NCBI RefSeq assembly: GCF_902652985.1
Contig: NC_047022.1
Location: 15,252,001 to 15,316,000 of the forward strand
Direction: 5' to 3'
Source: Pecten maximus
Lineage: Eukaryota
Length of the DNA stretch: 64,000 nt
Made by a program: the position numbers and the translations under genes. Below, in pieces: positions 31,201-41,000 of this stretch (position 1 is the stretch's first letter; each line of letters starts with the position of its first letter). Under the pieces are notes generated by a model. It ran no database searches. It was not told the origin of the DNA and worked only from the letters and a program-made list of their open reading frames with translations.

Positions 31201-34200
31201 ATAAATTTGATATCCAACAACCACTCGTTGTGTCACCTCTATATATCTTTAAATATTCTACTACACGACACATAGTGCCTAGGAATTTCTAACATTACCA
31301 TTCTATGGCCACAAAATTACCTATTCCTACTGCAACAAAAGAAAATATGAAACATTTTGTTTTATTATTTGTTTAAATACACAATCATAACTTAAGATAC
31401 TTGGTACACCTTCAACATTTAGATAGTTATGGGAATCTCATAAATATGGAAATGTGTTATTTGTTAGAATTATATCTTTAGTAAAAGTGACCTTTACCAT
31501 AAGGTCAAAGTAACCCAATTTTTCAGTTCAACGAATAAGACCTCATGTTTATTAACTCTTTCGCCCCTAGTCCCGACTGTAGTCGTGATAATAAAATGCA
31601 GTGTGCGGCGAGTCCCGACTACACACGTGTTGATTATCGTAGTCGCCATGTCGGATCCCGACTTGAGGCGTGCCAAACTATCCATGTATAACGGACATCG
31701 ATTGGCTTAGAATTAGACACCCCTTCTTCTCGACCAATGAAAATAAAGCTTACAAATGGTTTTTACACACAAAGAACTACGATTTGATTGGTTTATTTGA
31801 GGTGAAGGTCGCATAACAGCGCTAAATTTAACACAAAGAAACGCGGAAGTTTTAAAACAGTTTAAAAGTTACAGTATTGGAAACACATTGTTTACAATTA
31901 TCATATCTGATCTTAAAGTAAAAATCACACCAGGGCTTTTTCTCACTGGTTTGGAAAGAGCCTTTTTGTCTCATTCTGTGAAGAAAACTGGTGAACTGGG
32001 AAAGATTTTTTCAGGAGCAAACTGCAAATTATGGGAATTTGGCTTAAATATGAAATAATTTCAATTGGAAATGGGGCCCATTAACGGCCACAAAAAGCCT
32101 GCAGACTGACCAAATTTCAGTACAATGTACACCGTCTGTGAGTATTTAACTGTTTCCTGTGTCTGACATGAAGACATATCTCACAATTCAAAAGTTATTG
32201 CTTGTATTATGTATACATGTAGATTTAAATTATAACAATTTTATTATACACATGTGAACATTGCTTTCTTAAATACCATTAAACAAAGCTACCAGATCAT
32301 TCCATTAAATCTACCTTTCTTCATTCCATAATCGCTTCAGTCGTTTCTTTTCTAAGTAGTCATCATCATATCTTTTCCTTTTCCCAGATTTCTCAGAATC
32401 ATCGCTCTCATTGCCAGATTCATCATCTGTCTTCATTGCAAAATATAAACATTCATGTAGTCAACTCATTATGTAATTTATTAAAATTCTTAATTGCTAA
32501 AATTAATTCTTCAACCTATTCCTGCTGGCTATTGAAGTACAAGGCAATGTCACAGAGATTCTATATTCAAAGATATTACCATATTGAAAAAAAATCAATC
32601 GTCCTTATTGTCAAGGCTCTTTCCTTGTCCAATATGTATGCATGATACAATCTTGGCTACAGGGCCTTGTCTCTATGTCTTTTGGGTTCCATTTACATCC
32701 TAAATTACTTCATATTAAATCAACAATCACAAAATTTCCTTCCTAATTCATTTCTCTTTCCAAAAGAGCCGAAACGTCCTGGAGAAAAGAGAAGTCCACT
32801 TTTGAGTATAACTAACATTTAGAAAACTTTTTTTTATTATTTGGTGTGTCTTAATACTCAATTTTTTGTAAATAGTAGATAAATACCTCATCTCTGAAGA
32901 CTTGGTCGTATTCTGGCAGGTCATCAAACTCATCTTCCTTCATCAGCAGCTTCACTTGGACAGCATTGTATATGTTGTGTATATCTATTGGTCGGTGACT
33001 GGTTGAGAACAAAAATGAGCAACAATGATTTATGTTTGTTTATCCAGTAACTGATCCATCATTTCCTCCTGATACACGAGCAAAGTTTTAAAGTATACCT
33101 AAACATTGCTCAGCGAAGGAATATTTATAAACCTTTAATTTATCTTTTGATCAGAAAAATCAAATCGTGCATTATTGAGATAAAAGCTAGCTTTTATTCG
33201 AATCTTAGTTAAGATTCCTTGCATTTAACTTCAGTTATAAATGTCTATAAATTGCTCACAAACTTTGTGTATACAATTTGACCTCGAGGTCAAAGTCGTG
33301 AATATGTAATGATATCAGTATGCTGCCAGAGGTTAATCTAGACCATTTTCACTACCAAAATTAGGTAGCATTCCCCACTAATGGTATTTTCCTCTGTGAA
33401 TAAAATCCCCCAAATTTTTGATGAAAATATGTAAGAATAATAGCAAAGAATAGCTGTAAAATGTTAAAGTCTGAATAATAATTCAAGACACTGGGCTCTT
33501 TATTTTCCCAAAATTTCATAATGGGTAGTATTCCCAAAATCCTAGATGAACCCATGGCTGTGTACCATTCATTCATGTTGCCGACAACATTCTATGTAAA
33601 CACAGTTTAAGATTTCCAAAGTATCATTTAAAATTTGAAAATTGTGATATTTATCATCACATCTTGGTTGTTAATTTTCACCTGTCACAGATGTAGAAGC
33701 GCACACACTCTTCAGGCTGTAGTGTCTCAACCACATCTATAGTTCCCCCACAGTTTATCATCAATACATGCTTAATCTGGAACATTCAATTTAATGTATG
33801 AAAATTAATATATAAGTGAATAAAACTCCTATAATGATATCAATGCAGCTATTAAGAAATGTTTATAGATCTCCATATAGAATATACAATATACAGCTGT
33901 GTATGTCGACAAAATTTATTGAAACTTCATCATCTTTTATTAACCATTATCCTTACACAGGTAAAATTGAACAGGGAAATCAATACTTTAACTGTATATC
34001 ATAAATCATAATAGGGCCGACACCTATATAGCTTTTCGTATCTGACCCGTACCCGGGTACCTAACATATTTTGACCGTACACACAAATCGCCATTGATTA
34101 TTTTTATTGCATTGACATTACTGAAGCAAACAAATTACCCCTTCGGAATTCTCCACATATGCTCGCTCCAACTCCTCACGTCCAGACACAGGCACTATGG

Positions 34201-37200
34201 TGTATAAAATCTGGTCACTTTGGAACAAACACTGAAAAAAAAACAAATAAATGTGTATACATATATATCACAATTTTATGATGAATCTCAAATACAAATG
34301 GGTGTTTTGGGGTAAATAAATACAGGGCTTTTTCTGAGGTGCTTTGGGGGCCGTTAATGGGCCCTATTCCGAATTGAAATTATTTCCTATCTAAGCCAAA
34401 TTCCCAAAATTTGCAGTTTACTCTTGAAAAATATTTCCCCAATTCACCAATTTTCTTCCCATAATGAGACAAAAAGGCCTCATCCCAAATCAGTGAGAAA
34501 AAGCCCTGAAATATCTTGTTTATCCATATATTAGGTAGCCATATATAATTGCATATATAGGTATTATTCCATGTCTGATTACATTTTTTTCTGCACCAAA
34601 ATCAGAGTCGGAGAAAACTTGGACTTGTATCAACTGTCAAGTGTACTCTAGCTTTGTATGTTACTGTTGCAACTATTTTGCTGTTGGTTTAATGTCCTAT
34701 CAACAGCTGGTCATTTAGGACCACACATGCATCTCTCAGATGCATTCGTGCGATTTGATAGGGAGACAGCTGCTACATATGGTATGTTTATGTTTGCCTT
34801 TTTGTGATAGCAAAAAATGATGCCAAAAGTGCAAACTGTTATTGTATAAATTACTGGCAAAGTTTTCCTGCGAGAAAATTCAATAAAACCTTGAACAGGT
34901 CGGGGAGAAGTCCTGATTTCACTATTATAGTGGTATTCCACTATAATAGCTATAAAGCTACACAAACAGTAGCAAATCGAAGCATTTCGGCCAGAAAAGA
35001 CATACATGACAAAAAGCGAGAGTTATGGTCGGTATGTGCATGATCCATGTACTTGGTTGCTACAATAACTGTAAAAATTGAAATGCCGCCTGTGCATTTT
35101 TCTGTAAAATCATCTTTTTGTAATAGGAAATTGCAATTTCTGTTTCATTTGCTTATTTCTTGATATCTAATTCATTTGAATGTCACAACAATCTGTACAT
35201 ACTTTCACATAATTTTCCCAATCCAAACAGAGCCCCTACAACCGGAAGTGGAGTATTGCAACATTTTTTCTTTGTTTTTTTTTCCCCCCGACTCGGGAGA
35301 TGATTACCATCATTCTGATCTACTAGGGTTACTTCCCTTTGTACCATTTGGTCAGCATAGAGATAGAAAAACTGTGATTTTACAGAAAAATGCATAGGTG
35401 ACATTTTAATTTTATTGCCGGTATATATATAATATTGTAACAACCAAGTACATAGATCATGCACCTATAGCTACCAACCAAAACTCTCTGGCTTTTTGGC
35501 AAATATATATACGTATACCTTTTCTTGCGGAAAGGCTTCGATTTGCTACTGTTTGTATATATAGCTGTAGCAGGATTGGTTGTTTGGATTTTAACCTCCG
35601 TGATCGTCTGCCGGGTTGGCTGCCATGTTGGGTAGTAGTAAGTAGCGCCACCTAGCGTTGGTGACGTAGGGTTTTCCCCTGGCTATATTTGGTAACAGGG
35701 TACGTGTAGCCGGTTCGGGTAGTTGGTTACGCGTGTAGCACAGGGAAATACAGACTAGGGGAGGGGCTACTAGGACTATATATTTCGTTTCGCGGGGTTC
35801 TCGCCAGTGCTGGCTGAAGTTTTGACCACGGAACTGGTCAGGTACTGAGACCCTGCATGGCGCAACGTTATTCCAGTAAACAGGGTTTTTGCCAGCTATT
35901 TTGGGAAAGGGTCCCTGAACAAAAATTGGGAAAATATCATCGGCATTTTCCACAAATTGGGAAAATACGATCGGTGTTTCATCAAATTTGGGAATATATC
36001 ATAAAATTGGAAAAATATATGAATTATACAAGCTTAGCTGTTTCTTTTCAGGATATTTGTTTTAATCAATCAGAGAATGTTAAATTTTCTGTCTTTAGTG
36101 TGCTTAAACTCATTAACAAGCTTGTCAAAAGGGAAATCAGTCAGGTTGGAGATCGTTTGAAGCAGCTGCCTGACTTTCAGATCGGGAATTACCAGTATTT
36201 CGTTTGAAAAAGCTCGTAACTTTCATTAAATCTTTCGAATCTTTGAGCAAAATCTTCTTTGCGTAATATTTGGAATTGTGTGACATCGTCCCGAGTCCAG
36301 TACTTGATTTGACCTCGGTAAATAGAACGAGTCAATGTACGTAAACGCTTTGCATTAAACTCCCCTTTAAATGGGCGATTCAAACGCAGATATGATATGA
36401 CTTCAATAAGACTATCCAAGCGAATCGCAAAACCAACAACAACACGATGACTCACGGTAACATTTTAACGTTGACAAAATAATGACTGGAAGCTCATATC
36501 AATCCAAATTTTTAGGTTGTCTTATGTTAACAGCGATTGGGAAAATACAGACCGGAATTGGGAAAATATAGACCGAAATTGGGAAAATACATGCCAATTT
36601 TCAATTGGGAATGGGTTCGTGTACCGGACCCAAAATATGCCTGGCAAAAACCCTGGTAAATTAGTCTAAATTATTCCTATTCGGCCTGGGTCGCTAAATT
36701 TATGTTTCGGTGCTAGGTTATCAGTGGTATCTGCTGATTCCCGGCTGAAGTTTAGAGAGGAACTGACCGAGAATCGCCAGATACCGGCATTAAATGTCTA
36801 TTCTAAACTACCGTCGTCTATAGTATATAATATGTCCATCGTCTATTTCCAGTTATGTCCTTTGTCTGTCGTCTCTGTTAGGGAAACACCTGTAGCCCTA
36901 GTCGGGGGGTTCTTGTTCCGTGTATGAGAGAGTGCAGTATGCGAGTTACTTGTAATTGTATTTGTAGGCCTTGTATTGTTGAGTGTTCTGTTTAAATTCC
37001 TGTCGTGTAAATAAATATCTTAAGTTGAATCTGTCTGCTTGTTGATTGTCTTTTGCAATGTCATGCTGGAGATACATACCGGTGTATATAGAGTTGTATA
37101 TATAGCACACACGGAACCCAGTCGTAGGACCTGAGAAAATCATATCCACTATACGAAAACTGTTACATAGCTATAGCTATTATAGTGGAATATCACTATA

Positions 37201-37831
37201 ATACTTGAAATCAGGACTTTTCCCCGACCTGGCTAAAGTGCAAACTGTCATTGTATAAATTACTGTATAAAGTTTTCCTGTGACTAATTAAATTCAATAA
37301 ACCTTGAATTTGAAACCATCGTTTTCTGTTAGTGATGATATTGGAAGTTACCTGAAGGATCTTGCATGCGCACAGAGCATCAACATCAAAGGCAACAAGA
37401 ACCAGAACTCTCTGTAAAATAAATGGACTTTAATTGTATGCTGACATGTCCATCTGATCATGACAACATGTACAGTAAATATCGTTAGCCAATTGCAAGT
37501 TGTGATCACTGCAAATAACGAATTTTTTTTTACATATTTATATTTAAGGAAGTAAATATTCATTAAACTTAAGTTTAGTTTAAACACAAATTAGAAGAAA
37601 AAGAGTATAGATATCTATATGATTTGCTTTTTTATCAATTTATAAATGTCAACAAACATTATAAATTATAATTCACAACTTTAAAAGAACTTGTGATAGC
37701 AGAGAAATTGGGAGAATGATTTTGTGAGTGAGTAAAATTCTCATAATAAATCAGTGAAATGTAAGATGAGATATACTCACGTGGTTTTGAACGACATCAT
37801 AAAAACCCTTTCTGAAATCTTTCACGAACAT
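19275..37831 (-). CDS. CDC45: Cell division control protein 45 (CMG helicase subunit), ~562 aa, 18 exons with exons 8-9 present twice
   Basis: Exons in transcript order: 37781-37831 (MFVKDFRKGFYDVVQNH), 37352-37411 (RVLVLVAFDVDALCACKILQ), 34139-34231, 33682-33776, 32887-32998 (SHRPID), 32315-32430, 30509-30557, [29618-29679 + 28916-29026] or [27072-27133 + 26342-26452], 24944-25132 (LYRHWSLFES), 24725-24823, 23771-23882, 23340-23395, 22371-22509, 21949-22032, 20856-20974, 20536-20612 (FFGKAFEQAA), 19275-19339 (EDKSKFFDALISLLQ*). Total 1689 nt, open frame. Confidence 0.95.
19703..20251. mobile_element. hAT-like MITE in the last CDC45 intron
   Basis: TIR TAGTGTTGTA / TACAACACTA; 8-bp flanks TTCGAAGG / TTCAAAGG (1 mismatch). 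Confidence 0.65.
21290..21695. mobile_element. Degenerate palindromic non-autonomous element
   Basis: Imperfect hairpin ~21305-21450 (GAACTGC...GCAGTTC); short inverted repeat ATATTTAC / GTAAATAT. Confidence 0.45.
24141..24347 (-). mobile_element. tRNA-derived SINE with a V-domain-like core
   Basis: Minus strand: GGGGCCGCGGTGGCCGAGTGG (A-box), degenerate B-box, GGTTTTTCTGCGGGTTTTCAGGCTTTCCTCCACC (V-SINE-like core), A-rich tail. Confidence 0.75.
25325..25987. mobile_element. Non-autonomous Helentron-like (HINE/CvA-type) element with internal ~160-170-bp tandem repeats
   Basis: Starts AACAAG; three internal repeats (GTTTCCATGGTGACAGAAAAAATACC...); (GACG)n microsatellite ~25925-25945; terminal hairpin ATCCCCCGC...GCGGGGGAT. 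Absent from the duplicate copy (empty site ~28560), with no TSD. Confidence 0.8.
27479..28424. mobile_element. Non-autonomous Helentron-like element; truncated copy at 30051-30280
   Basis: CAAGAGGCCCATGGGCC...GTCACCTG start; ~355-bp internal duplication; GACG/ACAG microsatellite ~28340-28375; terminal hairpin ending CAGGTGACATAAAA. Confidence 0.75.
30845..31245. mobile_element. Palindromic non-autonomous element of the same architecture, opposite orientation
   Basis: Hairpin ~31075-31235 centred near 31150; ends CCTCTATATA, the complement of the TATAGAGG start at 17531. Confidence 0.55.
31931..32101. mobile_element. Second, inverted copy of the CAGGG MITE family
   Basis: CAGGGCTTTTTCTCACTG...AAAAAGCCTG is reverse-complement similar to 34322-34508; flanks CACAC/CAGAC. 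Confidence 0.65.
34322..34508. mobile_element. Short CAGGG-terminal MITE with 5-bp TSD
   Basis: TIR CAGGGCTTTTTCT / AGAAAAAGCCCTG; TSD AAATA; related inverted copy at 31931-32101. Confidence 0.75.
35566..37167 (+). mobile_element. Solo LTR (~820 bp once the nested MITE is removed), probably Gypsy-type
   Basis: Ends TGTAGCAG...CTGTTACA; 4-bp TSD TAGC (35562-65 and 37168-71); TATA-like ~35778; AATAAA ~37010. It interrupts the right arm of a foldback element, which resumes exactly after the TSD. Confidence 0.8.
35881..36655. mobile_element. Non-autonomous DNA transposon with CAGGG termini and 5-bp TSD (hAT5-like), nested in the solo LTR
   Basis: TIR CAGGGTTTTTGCCAG / CTGGCAAAAACCCTG; TSD GTAAA on both sides; subterminal AATTGGGAAAATA repeats. 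Confidence 0.8.
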
Positions 37832-38028
37832 TTTCACATTTGTTTATGGCGGGGTTTTTCAGCGGAAGCTTTAGTTCTCTCTGCGCAAGCGTATTTCCAT
37901 TTTCATTTTATATACATCCGGTTTCTGTTCTTGCCTGTCATCGCACATTGTCGACCAAAAACGTCTTAATATTGAGTCATTTCTAGAAATAAACAGTGGT
38001 AGAAGTCCATAACAAGACATTACTCAGC
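37832..38028. promoter_or_regulatory. Compact bidirectional CDC45/UFD1 promoter and 5' UTRs
   Basis: Only 197 bp between the divergent ATGs. E2F-like TGGCGGGG ~37847, ETS-like GCGGAAG ~37862 and ACATCCGG ~37914, NRF1-like TGCGCAAGCGTA ~37882. Confidence 0.75.
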
Positions 38029-41000
38029 ATGGTGGGTATATTTGTATATGATACACGCACTTTATTTTATCTAATCTATCTCGGCAAAGTTTTCTTCATA
38101 CTCGTCAGTTGTAAAGTAAGAACTAAAGAAAAACAGACGGTCGGTGTAAATCTTTACTAGTGGCATAATGTAAGTGTAGCCATACTAGACGAATCAGAAA
38201 ATTTCCAGATTATATACGGTACTTCGAATAGACGAAGGGGGATGGGGAATACCAGTAGATATATAGTAATAGTTTTAATATTTAGAAATATTATCTAGAG
38301 AAGTGTATGTTTCTAAAACCAGTAATTTATTTTAGAAATAGTGTATATTCATAACACATTATTTCTTTACAGTTCCGTTTTGGCAGAGGACAGTTTGAAA
38401 TGGGGAGCAAGTTTAAGGAGACATACCGTTGTTATTCGGTGTCCATGATGGGTGATCGTGACGATGTAGAGAGAGGAGGAAAAAGTGAGCAACATCATTT
38501 GTCGTTTGATAGGATTAAAATGTGTCACAAACTGGTATGAAATCTATAGCTCCTTCCTACTGACTAGCTAGTCAAGGGAGAATTTCTATGAGCTCAATTG
38601 ATAGACTATCGAGCCAGAGGTCCCAATTTTTATCCTTATGAGATCTAGAGGAATTGAAACAATAATGGCTTGCCCAAATTGCAGTGTATATGAAACATGT
38701 TCATGGATACGTACTCCTATACGTATATGAGGTCTTATTCCACCTGATTACATTGGTGGATATTGTGACCTCATATCCCATCAGCGTGTTTTTCTTGTAG
38801 CTGCTAGCGCCCTGAATCTGGGGCACCACCAAAAAGTGTCATATACCATGCATCTCAAACGAGAATTCATGTTAACAAATATGTGTACTCTTGCTTGTTG
38901 ATGAAGTATCAATCCATTTATACACATACTGTTGATGGACACCTCTCAAATATAATTATATCCACAATAATTCACTTGCAACCTACTGTGTTCAAATATT
39001 AGGTCACTAAAACAACTTTGCTGTTCCGGTTATTATAAAATACGGAACACAAATAAAATGGATAGCATAACGCAATATTTTCACTGCATTTCGTTTGTTT
39101 CGACTATTTCAACTCCAAATTTGGATAAACCGGAAATAACCTTGAGAGGTCACAACTCCAAATTTGGATAAACCAGAAATAACCTCGAGAGGTCACAATC
39201 AAAAAAAGTATGGCGGGATATACAAATGGGACCTAAGCTTAAACGACAAAAGAGGCTAATAATCACTAATCTTGGATAAAGATATGGACACAATAGTTCT
39301 ATGTTTATTTATCATAGCTTTATAGAATTATGTAAGTCACATCGTATAAAATGTGAGTTATTAATAACTTTTAAGCGATTTCAATTAGAGGTGTCACAGC
39401 AATAGGTTCTACGTGCGGTGGTGATTAGAGGTTACATGACAGCCTGTCAAAAGTTTCCTGTCGTGTAAACCTCTAATATTATTGGAGTAGTTCATGGAAT
39501 GCTTAACATTTCACAGAAAAAAATAGCTAGGGTCTGCTATAGTAGACATGTTCCCTTTTTATTACATTGTGTAAAAATGATGGAGAAAGGTCTTAGGGTA
39601 TGAGTTCACCTTAATTATTAGAATTTGTCATCTGCATTCTTGGCATATAATAAATTGTAATAGTAGAGGGAAAATGCACGGCCAGAGCAGGGTTCGAACC
39701 CGGGACCTCCAAACACTAGCCGGATGCTCTACCAATTGAGCTACGTGGTCGCTGGCGTTCATCCCAGTCCAGTTCCGCTACATTCCCCCCTCCTTCAACA
39801 AAGTCTTCAACCACGAAGACACACATGAGTCCCTATACCACCTCTGTGGGTATTTAGTTTGGCGACATATGTAATTGGTGAACCCGGTCCCTCCAAACAC
39901 TAGCCGGATGCTCTACCAATTGAGCTACGTGGTCGCCGGCATTCATCCCAGTCCAGTTCCCCTACATGATTTTACATATAATTGGAGGACTATACAGTTG
40001 TATTTGGCCAAATTGTCTTTTTTGTTTTAACATGTCACTAAATCGACAGAAGAAATCAATTAGCAAAAATAGCAGCATGAAGAAAATTTTACTGTTACTG
40101 AAAGTGGTGTTTCAGATAATCTGTGCTCCTTCACGCACCCATAATACAGGAGGCTATGTAATTATAATGCTTTACTTATATTGTGTTGTATTCTTTCAGT
40201 TATGATGCCACCATCTGCTTTGGATAAATTAAGTAAGTAAATTTCAAAGATAAATTTTCTATTGAAACTTTTAAATTTTTATCCCCAAGATATTTGCAAC
40301 TATTGATATTTTTTGGAGTTGTTTTAAAAACATGGTGTCCAAGTAGGGAGACATCAATTCCTGTAAGTTTTAATTTTAATAAGTAGTAATTTGAATGAGC
40401 CTAAGAACCCTGTTTTGTAATTTTATTAAAAAAAATTATAAACCCTTTTATGATTTATTTTTTCATAGCTCGCCTCCATATACAGTACCCAATGTTGTTC
40501 AAGCTCAGTAACAAAGGCAAGGCCAGGGAGACACATTGTGGGGTGCTGGAGTTTGTTGCAGATGAAGGCAGGATCTTCATACCTTACTGGGTATGTTTGG
40601 TCACTATACTGTATTACTATATACTGAGTTTGTAGCTAATTAAAATGTAATGTATGTCATATACTGTGTAGGTTTGACCAGCAGGAGGTTCTCTAAAGGC
40701 TGATATTACAAAATAACTTTGTTTTTATAACTTATCATTGCAGCAATGGCTTTATTGATGCAAATACAATGTACATTGTACATACATTCTAATGTAAGTT
40801 GAGATTCATTAATGCTTGTTTCAAGAGGCCCATAATGTAATATTGGTGTTTACTGAAGTGGAACATGATATGTCATGTAGATCACTATTCCACATGTAAT
40901 ATTGGTGTTTACTGAAGTGGAACATGATTAGGCCATGTAGATTTCTATTCCACATGTAATATTGATGTTTGCTGAAGTGGAACATGATTAGGCCATATAG

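Larger units (their letters stand above)
34896..37231. mobile_element. Foldback-type MITE with ~220-bp imperfect TIRs, host to the solo LTR
   Basis: Left arm CAGGTCGGGGAGAAGTCCTGATTTC... 34896-35118. Inverted arm is 35367-35565 plus 37172-37231 (...GAAATCAGGACTTTTCCCCGACCTG). Confidence 0.75.

Noticed and set aside
31551-31690. piggyBac-like terminus (TTAA-CTCTTTCG... with GTCCCGAC repeats)
   Set aside because: Only one end is visible, with no partner TIR or TSD; too little to call.
39678-39755. Functional tRNA-Thr(AGT) gene
   Set aside because: The acceptor stem pairs poorly and the sequence sits inside duplicated TG...CA LTRs with a PPT; treated as TRIM-derived.
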